Assembly (NCBI RefSeq): GCF_037042905.1
Contig: NC_087251.1
Span: forward strand, 47,556,001 to 47,616,000
Origin: Lytechinus pictus
Taxonomy: Eukaryota
Reading direction: 5' to 3'
Length of the DNA: 60,000 bases
The notes beneath the pieces were generated by a model. It ran no database searches. It saw only the letters and a list, made by a program, of their open reading frames with translations, and was not told the DNA's origin. Shown one piece after another: positions 1-12,880 of the stretch. Both the position numbers and the translations under genes were made by a program. Positions within the stretch are counted from its first letter, which is position 1; every line of letters begins with the position of its first letter.

Positions 1-520
1 GGGGTTGCGTGCAGAAAATCATTTTCATCATTATCACCACCACCACAAACACCATCGCCACCATAACCATCATCCCCATCACCACCACAACCATCATCAT
101 CCCCACCACCACCACCACCATCCACCTCCTCCTCATCATCACGACCACCAAATCATTATCATCACCACCACCACCATCATCATCGTTGTCGTCATCATCA
201 TCATTATCATCATCATCCTCCTCTTCATCATCATCTCGACCATCACAAACACCACCCTACCTAATCATCGTCATCACCATCATCGCCATCATTATCACCA
301 TCACCATTATCATCACCACCAACACCATCATCATCGTCATCAACATCATCATCACCATCCTCCTCCTCATCATCATCACCACCACAACCACCACCATTAT
401 CATCATCACCATCGTCATCATCATCATCATCATCACCATTATCATCATCACCATCGTCGTCATCATCATCATCATCATCATCATCATCACCACCACCATT
501 AGGCATCGTCGTCGCTGTAA
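1..520. repeat. Complex (CAT/CAC)n trinucleotide low-complexity tract
   Basis: Almost continuous cat/cac/tat triplets; the poly-His/Ile/Asp ORFs are by-products of the repeat. Confidence 0.95.
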
Positions 521-577
521 TCATTAAAGACAATTCCAGCTCTTTTGTTCATTTATTTCAAGATATAAAGTACTTAC

Positions 578-679
578 TCTTAATCTGTCTTTTAAGACGA
601 CCATTGATTCCTGTATCTCCTTTTCTGACATGATTTTCTTTGACATCGTATCACATTCGTTACATCTTTGCGTTCGGTC
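578..679 (-). CDS. Putative coding exon 2 of an unidentified gene that continues beyond the left edge (DRTQRCNECDTMSKKIMSEKEIQESMVVLKDRLR)
   Basis: tttaatcacag acceptor, GTAAGT donor, 102 nt open, phase 0/0. Confidence 0.55.
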
Positions 680-2889
680 CTGTGATTAAAATTCATGCAA
701 GCAATGAGAATTGAATTAAAATCTAACCAGAATTGAAATGATAGTTAAAGTCTATTCACAGTTTTAATCTTAAATCCCAATCAAATCATTGCATTAAAAA
801 AATCATCAAACATAAAAAAATTATAAGATATTGGGACGTTCCCATATACTGGGTGTGATGTATGAAAGATGCGCTGATCCTATCCAAGGAACTCCTTTGC
901 CCAAATTTGGTATTGGGCCCTATATCCTGATTTAGATGCATCGTATTTCGTTTAGAAGAAATCGTTAATACCATTTGCCCCCAAATAATGTGTTGCTTTA
1001 CTTGCTTAGACTTTTATAAGAAATTTTCGCCATTATCTGGAAAACACTCCCATTTACTTGTTAGTAATTTCCAGTGGCCAATTTAGGAGAATCTACGCCC
1101 GGGGCAAGGGCTATTTTTTCACTTCTTTGGTTGTTCATCAGATTATTTCCAATCTGGTTCTCCTTTTCAATTCCCTCTCAATTTACACTCATTTTTGCGA
1201 TCCCATCGAGGCACACGGGACAATATATGCCCCTATCCCTTGAATAGATAAACACTACTTGTAAATTCTTCCAGAAATTCTTAAGGAACAAATTTAATTT
1301 TTGTGCTAACCAATCATTTATGAAATCCTGAATGTTCTATAACGTTAACAATTTAAAGAATATTCGATGAAATTAATTGCTGTAACCATTTTGAAACAAT
1401 ATCCAACACCAGCTGGCAAAAAGGGGCAAAAAAGGTTATTTCTCATTTTCATTATGAGCGCAAAACTCGTCATATGCCCATTCAACCCTATTAAACCGTC
1501 TGCGAAATGGTCTTTTGGGAAACGAGTGGTATAAGGGAATAACAATCCATAGAATTATTTTCATTTATCAATCTGGAAAAGAGCAGTTTTCAATAAATCT
1601 TTGAATCCCAAAGTCCTACTGCAATTCGGACAGAACAAAGTTTTACATTAATTGAACAAAATGATGGAACTTAAACAGCTGATTCCACTTTCAGGACAGT
1701 GTTTCCATGGCAACGTCACTTGAGAGAGCATCTTTCAGGTGATTGTGAATATGTTTACTTCCGGCATCATTCAAGAGGCAAAAAAGAGAAGTGACTGTTA
1801 TTATTGATTTAACGAGAATGGCAACGACTTGCAATAACATTTTGTTTGTATAACGGAGAAAGGAAAGAGACTTTTATTCTATTCGAAGAGTGGAATTACC
1901 TTTTATTCATTTCTTTGTGGAATCGTCTAAACATTCGACAGGAACTGGAGGAAAGACGTGTAAATCCATTTTAGTCAATGTACAAAGTCCAAAGCATTAT
2001 ACTTGCTTATGCACAGTTGGCTTAAAATCTTAATTTTTAAATCCATGGAATATAAAGGTGAAAAAACCCAACGGAATGACACAATCCACAGACCTGATCC
2101 GATATAGGCTGAGAAATGTTACTCCTGAAATGACAGCTCTATTTAATGAAATGATATGCAAAATAGTTTCTGTAAAGCCAATAATTAAGCAAGCTTCTTT
2201 GAAAACTACATGAACTTTATTTGTTTCAAACTCGCATATCACCACTTGACGTTCACAGTCGTCTGCATAAGTCGCTCTCCTGCAGCTCAGTCTCCAGTCT
2301 GCGTCTAAAAGAATGATTATTTACCTCATGATTTACCTCTTCTAAATCAAATTTTGCTAGGAAGTCAAACGGTTTATGTATTCAGACTCAACTGTGTTTT
2401 ATAAAGGTAAAATTGGGATATTGACTTTTTGAAGGTGGTTCAATATCCTTCTTTGAGAGAAATCCTTGAGGATCACGCAGTGCATTTTCAAGCTTGATCA
2501 TGCATGCGTGTGAAGGAACCCGTTGTCTCATTTCCCCTTCGTGGATTATTTTCAATAGACAAATGTTCATGGCGATGATTCGATCTATATTAACGAATCG
2601 ATAACAAAGCTGATTAAAAAACAAAGCCGAAATATCGCTGCGAAATATTTCCAATTCATTCCATGAATTCTTTTCTTCCTGTGGATGAATTTCATTGCAG
2701 AAAAATGTTCATGGCGATTATTCGATCGTCAAGTCAGTTTTTATGAAAAATACGGGTGGAAAACAAAGCAGAAATGTACTTTGTATATAGGAAGCCGAGA
2801 TTCTATATTTCCCGGTAAAATATCATATTCTACTTTTTTCGTGGATATTCAGTCTAGACCATGGACCTATAAAGAATGTTTAGACTTAC

Positions 2890-2979
2890 CCTTTTATTTG
2901 GCCTCGAGTCTCCAGCAGAGGCACTAATTTGTCGTCCTAACTCACACGTGTGAAACATCGTAAGACATTTCTTCTCCAT
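2890..2979 (-). CDS. Putative first coding exon of the same unidentified gene (MEKKCLTMFHTCELGRQISASAGDSRPNKR)
   Basis: ATG to AGG|GTAAGT, 90 nt, splices in frame to 679-578; could instead be 5' UTR. Confidence 0.4.
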
Positions 2980-4097
2980 CTATCATATCTTTAGTACAGA
3001 AAGTCAGATATTTTGATAGCAGACGACAAGCGGTTTTCCCCGCCACACGGAGGACACAACGCTAAGGGCGCTAAGTGTTGTAGCTATTCATTTTAATCAC
3101 TAAAAACTTCTGATCTCCAAGAAAAACTGTAAAACGAGAGTGGTGTACAACGTCTGGTCAGAGAAATATCGATGACGACCTGAATAAAGTCTTTTCGAAC
3201 AAACTTCTTCGAGCAATAATTTGCTTTCATATAGCAGCTGCATGCAAGGTCCGACTCCTCATACTGTTTTCCCATTGATAACCAACTTAGATTGTGGTAG
3301 ATATATATTTCATCCTGGTTCCGTATATACCATAAGCCTTTCCAAATTCTCGGTCACGAATCATGGACATGAAATATTATATCCGCAATCATGAGCTAGT
3401 TCAAGTATCGAAGAGTACATGTTCACAAATCTGCGGGTCTGGATTCCCGAATCATCTTAACATAGCAGCATAAAATAATAGGGAATCATCATTGTCATAA
3501 ATCATTTACCCATGGTTATAGCATTGTTCTACCCGCGTTCTCTCCTCTCCTGTGACGGCGAGAGATCATATACCTTACTTCTGACGAGACTTCTGATAAT
3601 GTATAGCGTCAAAGCAGTCTGTGAATGATCAAAGCACAACATTCTCAACATGATGGAATCTGATGGACTTCATGCCAAGTTCAAGTTGGAGAGCAATAAA
3701 TAATAGCATTTCTTTGGCAGCAAACCCAAGCCATTCTTCACACGATTTCGCAGTGTGTTCCGCAGATAATAAAGTTTCTGGGTGATTTCAAAAGGATGGC
3801 TTTTGTACGGAAGATCACTCAGGCATGTCTTCAAGGACCTCCTTGATGTTTCTGACAGTTTACTTTGGGCACATTTCTGTTGACATTTGCAGTGATCGTA
3901 AATGGACTTTATTTGCATTAATATACTTCCCGGATAGAGCGATATATGATTTCGGTAATACAATATTTTCGCTTGGAACAACATACAAAATGTCGACCGA
4001 ACTGCATTGTATGTAGTAATGACTTATTGAGTCATACAGAGCTAAAGAAAACATATACCCCCATAAAAAGTACATGTCCCCCCTGACATATGCCTTT

Positions 4098-4592
4098 AAG
4101 GGAGAAGTTCACCCTTACAAAAAAGTTTCTTGCAAAAAATTGGAGGAAAAATAGAGAACCAATATTGGTGAAGGATTAAGTAAAACCCATCAAAGATTTA
4201 AAAAATATTAGAATTTTTATATTTTGATTTGTGACGTCATATGCCAGCAGCTTCCCAATACATCGTTTAGAAAAAAAAAATCGATTAAATGCCAATTTCT
4301 AAAAAAATAATATCGAAAATATTTTTTATTGTACCTTCAGTATATCGACAATAATTTCTCACACCCACTCCTGAAGAAATAGTCACCATGAACCATTAAA
4401 ATAATGAAATATATGCATTTTATATTACATAAGATATGGGGCAGCTGCTCGTTTATGACGTCACAAATTAAAAGCTTTAAGTTCTAAAAACTTTCTTAAT
4501 CTTTGATGGATTTTCCTAAAACCTTCATCAATATCATAATTAAAAAAAGATATTTTTACAAGAGACTTTTCTTCAGGGTGAACGTCCCCTCT
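4098..4592. mobile_element. MITE with AGGG(G/A)GAAGTTCACCCT-type termini (Kolobok/piggyBac-like)
   Basis: agggagaagttcaccct ... agggtgaacgtcccct inverted termini; a related 5' end occurs at about 51090. Confidence 0.6.
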
Positions 4593-4745
4593 AACAAAAT
4601 TCCCTGCCCAAATCTCTCTGTATACAGACGACCTCCCCCTCTCTCTCCCATACTAAACTCCTCAAAATGGTTTGGAAATCTGAGTTTGGCCATTAATTTC
4701 TCCCAACTCCCAATTTTACACAATGTATATTTTATATAATTCAAA

Positions 4746-5270
4746 AGATCATTTAATTCTCTTTAAAATGATACCCTACGTAATATGATTAGGGTTCACA
4801 TGAAGGTGCAGTGCCTTGAAATGTGGGGCAAGGTCAAAATTCAAAATTTGCAAAATGACAAAATATTGAAAGTCACTGTTCTTTTTTTCCGTGGTGATGA
4901 GCGAGTTTCTCAGCAGTTTCTTTTGTTTTCATGCACCTTGACATCGACATTAACATGGAATCAAACACACCTCTGCACAAGCAAACACATAACAAAAAAC
5001 CAAACATGCATGGGTATTTCAAACCACGACTCAAACCATGTTATCTCACAGATCTCCATGTTAATGTTGATGTTAAGGTGTGAAAACAAAAGAAACCGCT
5101 GAGAAACTCACTTCTTATCACCACGGAAAAAAAAGAACAGTGACTTTCAATATTGTGTCATTTTGCAACTTTTGAATTTTGACCTTGCCCCACATTTTAA
5201 GGCACTGCACCTCCATGTGAACCATAATCATATCATGTAGGGTATCATTTTAAAGAGAATTAAATGATCT
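4746..5270. mobile_element. Fold-back (long inverted repeat) MITE
   Basis: About 190-bp arms: agatcatttaattctctttaaaatgataccctac... / ...gtagggtatcattttaaaagagaattaaatgatct. Confidence 0.8.
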
Positions 5271-6824
5271 AATCATTGGTATCAATCACGCATTAATATT
5301 CACTAAGACCAAGGAGGGATTATCGATCAAAGTCAGATTTCCAAACTTTTTTTGAGGGGTTTATTATTATATATATATATCCCCCTCTCTCTACTCTTTA
5401 TCTAATTTCGTCCCCTTTTCTCTATCGGTCTCCTTTTCACTGCAAACGCATGTGAAAGGTGTCTTGGCGAGTAGGCCCTATAAAAAAAGGTGATATAATA
5501 TCGGTGAATACCTGAATATGTATTTAATTTAAGTCCCGATATATGCTTGACTCGGAGACGGTTTCATGAAGACTTATGTACAGCTAAGGTAACTTTGCCA
5601 TTTTTTTAACTAACATGGAAACCTTGATCGCAATTAACTTTTGCTGTGACCTGTTACCATGACAGTTGTCATAATCCCCGGAAAATGGAGAAAATGATTA
5701 GAAAACAAAATATTTCTTTCCAATATTCCCCATCACTTAATTTAATCCGCAACACACTAAACTTCTTATAAATATCTTTTTAAAGAAACAAATGTAAGCA
5801 AATAGTTATAGCAAAACACTAATAAAATAATCAAGATATAATTTAGTCAACTGTACAGTCTCAATAGAAATTAGGTGCGTTCTCGATTGACAAGCCACAT
5901 GCACCTTGATGCCACATAGAGTATACCCTGAATACTCTATACCATATCAGTTTCGAGTAAATATCAACCATACTCTTATGATTAGAATACAATCCCTTGA
6001 TTAAACAAATGCTATGGCAACAAGAAGAAGTTGTTGAAGCAGCTGGTCATTTTCTCACAGGCTATTGTAGTGTAGATTGTAGAACATGTAAAATCGTGTT
6101 GTCCGGCATGATAGATGATGTATTTTTGCTATCCCGACTATTCTTTCAGCCGTTGTTTATCACCATCGTGACTCAATATCGTAATTCCCATTTCGGTTAA
6201 AAGTGAGTTGATGTGGAATAAAACGTCGTTCCTGAGCCAAAGTCGAGTAATGGAGGGATGTTTTTTCTTCGATTTATGAGCGTCCGTCTGTCAATAACCC
6301 GCGACATGAGTGGCGCTACGGGGGGGGGGGGGGGGGGGGGCGGCTGCCCCTACGATTTTTCAAGGAGTGAAAACAATTGTGAACAGAGAAGAAAAGAAAG
6401 AGGAAGAAATTTGAAGAGAGACAGAAGAAGAGTACAAACATGAGAGACCGTATAACGCACAAAATACTCCTGAAATTCAATTGAAGGAAAAATACGACCT
6501 ATCTTGTAGGCTGTCTTGCCACCTATCAAAATATCATCGCCCACACTTGGGATGCGACTAATATTTGTTTTGTTTTTCCTTCAAAAGTCTGAAAACAGTG
6601 TAAGAAAAGAATTCAAGAAAATGAAGTTTACCACGTACCAACCATGGGCAATTAAATACTAACATCAAAGTCAAATTGACTTCCATATACAATAGTTTCA
6701 GAGGACAAAACGTGTTACAATCATGAAATTATTTTTTTACATTTTATATTGTGATACATATTATTATAGCAGAATAAAAAGAGTCTTAGGGTTGTTGACG
6801 AGAATATATAGTCCAATACACTTA

Positions 6825-7610
6825 CAGAGTTATGATAGTAATTCAACAAATACCCCAACATGGCCAAAGTTCAGTGACCTTAAATGACCTTTGACCTTGG
6901 CCATGTGACCTGAAACTCGCACAGGATGTTCAGTGATACTTGATTACTCTCATGTCCAGGTTTCATGAATCAGATCCAAACACTTTCAAAGTTATGATGG
7001 TCATTCAACAGATACCCCAACAGGGCCAAAGTTCATTGACCTTTTACCTTGGTCATGTGACCTGAAATTCGCACAGGATGTTCAGTGATACTTGATTACT
7101 CTTATGTCAAAGTTTTTGAACTAGACCAATAAACTTTCAAAGTTATGATGGTAATTCAACAAATACCCCCAACTTGGCCAAAGTTCAGTGACCTTAAATG
7201 ACCTTTGACCTTGGCCATGTGACCTGAAACTTGCACAGGATGTTCAGTGATACTTGATTACTCTCATGTCCAGGTTTCATGAATCAGATCCAAAAACTTT
7301 CAAAGTTATGATGGTCATTCAACAGATACCCCAACATGGCCAAAGTTCATTGACCTTTGACCTTGGTCATGTGACCTGAAATTCGCACAGGATGTTCAGT
7401 GATACTTGATTACTCTTATGTCAAAGTTTTTGAACTAGACCAATAAACTTTCAAAGTTATGATGGTAATTCAACAGATTCCCTCAATTTGGCCAAAGTTC
7501 ATTGACCCTATATTACCTTTGACCTTGGTCATGTGACTCAAAACTCAGGCAGGATGTTCAGTAATACTTGATTAACCTTATGTCCAAGTCTCATGAACTA
7601 GGTCCATATA
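6825..7610. repeat. About 155-165-bp tandem-unit repeat (TGACCTTTGACC family), interrupted by the LINE
   Basis: About 5 tandem units gccaaagttca(g/t)tgacct..tgacctttgacc..gtgacctgaaa..caggatgttcagtgatacttgattac; related copies at about 39410-40000 and 50005-50580. Confidence 0.9.
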
Positions 7611-10610
7611 AAGCTGTCAGAAATAATGTGAAGAAGGACTGTAGAAAAGCGTATTGGACATATGTTAATACATTGTTTGCATGTACGTGATGACAATAGA
7701 CGTATATGTTTTGGGCTTTTATAAGAACTCGCAAAAACTCGCCTCCTCCTCCTAAGTTTAGGTTTAATGATGTAGATATTTCAAATCTTGGAGATATTGC
7801 AAATGCTTTCAGTTCTTATTTTAGTTCTGTATTCAGTCAGCAATGTACTCTACCTGATGATACCCCTACTTGTAATTTGCACATTCCCGTTCTTTCACAT
7901 TTCTCTGTATCTTCTTCACATGTTCACTTGGCTCTTCTTCGTCTGCAGAGAAATAAGTCTCCTGGACCTGACGGCATTCTTCCCAGTATACTTCTTGAAG
8001 TTGCAGAAGAAATTTCACTTCCTATTTCTATTCTTTTCAATACATCCTTAGGTTGTGGCAAAGTTCCATTGTCCTGGAAACGGGCACATATTACACCCGT
8101 TTTCAAGGGTGGGGACAAATCACTTGTCACGAACTATCGTCCTGTTGCTCTAACCTCAGTTCTTTGTAAGCTCCTTGAGGGTTTCATCGTTAAGAACATC
8201 CAGGAACATATTTATGCAAATGGACTTCTCAACCCTGGGCAGCATGGTTTTGTCTCTGGTAAAAGCTGTGTAACACAATTGACAAATGTTTATCACCAGT
8301 GGAGTTGTACCTTGGACAAAACCCGTGCACCCAGGATTGATGCAGTCTTCTTAGATATGTCGAAGGCATTCGACAGAATGCCACACACACAGCTTTTGTA
8401 TAAACTTGCCAAATCATTTAACATTCAAGGTAGTTTATGGAACTGGATTCACTCCTTTCTCTCCAACAGATCTCAGCAAGTTTTGTTTTTAGGCTCTTCA
8501 TCGGACTGGATTGATGTCCCAAGCGGCGTTCCCCAAGGGAGTGTCCTGGGCCCCACACTTTTTAACTTGTTTGTCAATGATATCTCCCATTATGCTCTAT
8601 CTCCTTGTGTTCTGTTTGCAGATGATGTTCTTATTTTTAGGAACATCTATTCATCTGCAGATGAACATCAACTTCAATCAGATCTTGTTGCTTTGAATTC
8701 TTGGTGTGCAATAAATGGAATGACTTTTAATACCTCAAAGACAAAGGTGATGCATATCACAAGAAGTAGACAAGTTAACCCACCTACCTATTACTTAAAC
8801 AATACTGCTCTAAGTTCTGATTCTTCCATTAGATACCTGGGACTGGTCCTCTCTTCCGATCTCTCCTGGAAAACCCACATTGACTCTGTTGTATCACGTG
8901 CTAATCGTCTATTGAGATTCATAAGACTGGTGGCACGTGGTGCTTCCTGCTTCTGCATCCTCTATATTCTGCTTATACAAGTCAATAGTATTACCGATCT
9001 TAGAGTATGGTGTGCTTGCATGGCATCCCACAACCTCAAAACAGGTGGATAAGCTTGAGCGTGTTCAGAGGACAGCCATTAGACTTGCCCTAAAACAGCG
9101 TCGTGGTGAGATGTCTTACGAAGATATAGGCTCAAACTTCTCGACTGGTCTTCACTTGCCTCCCGACGAGATTATCTCCCATGTTCCTTTGCAATTAAGT
9201 GTCTTCGTGGAATTTGTAACTGTGAACAGCTCAGTGCAAATATTTATATCAACCCCCGCCATCCTGAAACACTTTCTTTCCGTCATCTGCCCTCCAGAAC
9301 TCAGTCTTTTTCTATTCACCCTCTAGGCGCCTTCCAAGACTTTGGGACACTCTTCCTCTAAGTGTAAGAGATAATGCTGTTTCAACTTCCCTCTCTTCAT
9401 TTCTTTCTTCTTTAAAGGGAGCACTCTTGTCCAACTCATAAATAACTCAATTTTCTTTCCATTTTTTTTATTTGCTTTCTTTTCACCACCTCATTATTTG
9501 TGCTATGATTCCAACAATGACATTTCTTTAAGAATTATTTTTGTCTGCTGCATAGTGCATATATCTCTTCCCCCTCTTTTCTCCTCTATTTAGTTGGAAC
9601 TTTATTACCTCCAGAACAGTTATACTAAATTAACTTTTGCCATTACACTTTTCCTGTAATTTGATATGCTTGCCATACTACCTAAATAATTACATGTACT
9701 TTGCATTTTCATTCTATGATGTGCATCCAACAATTGTGTTTCCTTTACTGTGATTTGATTCAATTATCTGTCAGTAAGGATTTAGTATATAATTTAAAAA
9801 AAAAAATTCAATTAATATTTCAGAATAATGCTCAAGTAGTACAGGCTGTATGATTTGTTATATCCATTTGGTACAGTTTATTTTTTTATTCCTTTTTAGC
9901 AAAACTGTTGGGGGCACATAAAAATCTCAATATCATTTCTATATCATTTCTATATTTTTGTAATTATTATTACTATGCAGTTCTTAATTTCTCTTCTTTT
10001 TCTTCATCAAAGGAGGCGAGTTTCCTGTAATTTTACTATTTGTTGTCTCAATGATTGTTATGTATTAGGTGCTGGAGCCTGGCGAGTACACATGTCATTA
10101 ATAGGAATGTGGAGGCATGCTCTTGCTGTTGTCTAGGGCATTCCTCCTTATTTCATTTCATTGTTGCTTTTCAGGCTCTAGTACCTCACACAAATCTAAG
10201 TTATCTTTGTGCTATGTTATGTTAAGCATTACACACATATCAGTCCGGCATGGGTATTCAAATTCTTCCTAATACCCGTCTTTATTTATTTTACTGTATC
10301 TTGCCTGGCGTTACATACATACTTTTTTAAATAATGTTTGTCAATGTGTTTTATTTGAATTTTAATAATGTGCAATTTTATATATTGAATGTGCAATATT
10401 CTCTCAACGGTTTTTCCATGAGGGCTCGCATGCCTCTTGGCAATAGTACTGAATTTTACTTTTACGAGCCCTGGCCCATGGAAAAACCGTTTTCTTCTTC
10501 TCTTTCATTTCTACCTTATCTATATTTAATTATTCAATTTCAAATTGTATTAATGTAATTACATTGTACAATTTTTGTATGTTTTTTATGGCCAAATAAA
10601 TAATAATAAT
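7611..10610 (+). mobile_element. 5'-truncated non-LTR retrotransposon (LINE, CR1/L2 group)
   Basis: RT ORF remnant, long AT-rich 3' UTR ending in AATAAA(TAA)n; the host repeat appears to resume at 10611. Confidence 0.85.
7706..9326 (+). pseudogene. LINE reverse transcriptase (ORF2 fragment), frameshifted near 8950 and 9125
   Basis: Motifs KSPGPDGI, NYRPVALTS, QHGF, FLDMSKAFD, SGVPQGSVLGP, LFADD, RYLG; C-terminal YKSIVLPILEYG...LERVQRTA continues in another frame. Confidence 0.9.
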
Positions 10611-10685
10611 GATGACATTTCAAAAACTTAATTAAACATAAGTATAAAGATAGCTCTACGAAAAAAAAAAGTAGTAGACATGTAC

Positions 10686-12209
10686 ACAGGGGCGGAAATC
10701 TCTCCCAAAAGGTAGGGGGACACAGGGGCGGATCCAGCCTTCGCCAATAGGGGGGGGGGGGGGCGGAAATTTGTTTCAGCCATATTTTCCCCGATCGGCA
10801 GCTCGAAGATGATTTGTGTTTGTTTCTTTGAAGGGGTAGTCCTCATTAGTCACTTCTTAGCTTTATTCTTATAAATTCATATATAATATCGATATAAGAT
10901 ACAAGCGCGAGCTAATTTTTTGGAAATTTTATGTATTTTTTCCTAAAATTTGAACATTCTGGGCAATGTTTGTTATCCTGAAAAAATGTGTATGCAACTT
11001 AATAATTACTACGAACGCAAAGCGCGAGCAGAAATGAACTGATGGAAAAATACCTGTTAAAGACTGCATGCAGTTAGCATTTAACATGATCAAATAATGC
11101 GAGCGCAAAGCGCGAGCTGATTTTTTTTTTACATTTTCACCTAAAGAATGGAAATTCTAAGCACTTTTTGTAACTGACTCTCAAGCAGAGTATGTATATA
11201 AGTAGACAACTGATGCGAACGCGAAGCGCGAGCGGAAAATTTCGAGATTTAAAAGGGACAATTAATTATTAAATCAATATCATATTTATTAATGCCTAAT
11301 GAGGGCGCGAAATCTGATGATATTATGGCATAAAAACTCGACATTTCACTTTTGTAATTATGAATAGGATACATCAGTTAATATATTTTTAACCATTAAT
11401 GCGAGCGCAAATCGCGAGCTAAAATTTTTGATAACCTGTCATGAAAAGGGGATTTCAAGTAGTTTGTTGTATAATCAATATTGAAACATACATAACTCGC
11501 CAATCAAAATGCCAGCGTGCAGCGCTAGCTGATACGTCTTGACAATCAGACTTGAAAAGGGATATTTTGAAAACTTTATGGAATACACGAAAATAATAGG
11601 TACCTGATAAATCAAAATTTGCGAGAGCAGATGTTGATAAAATTATTCAGCCCATAAAACTGACATTTTTACAGAGCACTTTTTAAAAACCAATTTGTAA
11701 ATCACACAAAATAATGAAAGTTCCATTTCCGAGGTGAAATATGTAAATCACCTAACAAGCAATGCGAGCGCGAAGCGCGAGCGAAAATTTAATATAGTGG
11801 CACGAAAGATTCTTTTTATTTTCCAAGTCTTCCCCTCATCTTATTTTATGCACTCGTCGTCCTTCTCTTCTTTTTCTCCTCTCTTTTCCCTCCTTTTTTC
11901 ATTTTCCTTCTTTCTTTTCCTTTTTTTCTTTTTTTGCTCCGCCAATAGGGGGGGGGGGGGGCCCTCCCCCTGGATCCGCCTTTGGGGACATGGGGCGGGA
12001 AAATTTGACAAGCAAAAAAAAAGGTTATCATCCCAAAAGTACGGTCATCTCGTCCCAAAATACATGTTTTATTTCGATTTAGAATGATGTATTTCTTACC
12101 ATCATAAAAGACAAAAAATAGTAGGAGGGACATTTGATATTGTGTCCCCCCTACTATTTTGAGTAGGGGGGACACGTCCCCCCTGTCCCCCCTGGGATTT
12201 CCGCCCATG
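10686..12209. mobile_element. Nested non-autonomous DNA elements with CAGGGGCGGA-type termini
   Basis: Outer caggggcggaaatc/gatttccgcccatg; inner caggggcggatcca/tggatccgcctttg (about 10722-11984) carrying repeated gcgagcgc(g/a)aagcgcgagc palindromes. Confidence 0.65.
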
Positions 12210-12880
12210 CATGTACAGTACATGAACTCATACTAAGATTTATTACATGATTTTCATCAAATTCTTGCTTTTGATGAACAGTATTTTGTACATTCTCGTA
12301 AATTCAATTTGCAACATTTTCTAATAATTATATGATTGTTTACCCTGTCAATCTTACACAAATGAAAACAAAAGGTTATCCTCTAATGAAATATCAATCA
12401 GAAATAATACATTCTGAACAGGTATTATAAGTGACAACCCATGTTTAGTCTTCAAAAAGCCCTTACTGTGTTCCGATAATTTATAATGATAATTAGTATA
12501 AGTTAGGGTAGATTTTAAAAAAGGCATTCATAAATTTGAATACCAAACCATTGGGAAATCGGTAACTTTGTCTGTCTTATTTTCCCTGGTTTTGGTCTAT
12601 GTCAATGTCCTCTACAACCAATTCGTGTCAAACTTGCACTTTGTCATTTTATCTCATAGGCTATGCCTATTTTCATTTCATCTATAATTCCCTGCTTGGT
12701 CTCACATCACTCTCTCTTTCTGATGAGAAGACATGGTAAGCCTAGTATATACATGTACCAAATTGTCATTGAATACAGAGTACATGAAAAAGCAGATTTG
12801 ATCGTTAGAATGACAAATTGCACGAACCAATTTAGTTGGACAAGACAGCAAATAGAAATATTGGTAAACTTTAAAGACCA

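Noticed and set aside
5..533. His-, Ile-, Asp- and Met-rich ORFs (also 31562-32514)
   Set aside because: Translations of (CAT)n repeats; only 32240-32442 is a real CEBPZ exon
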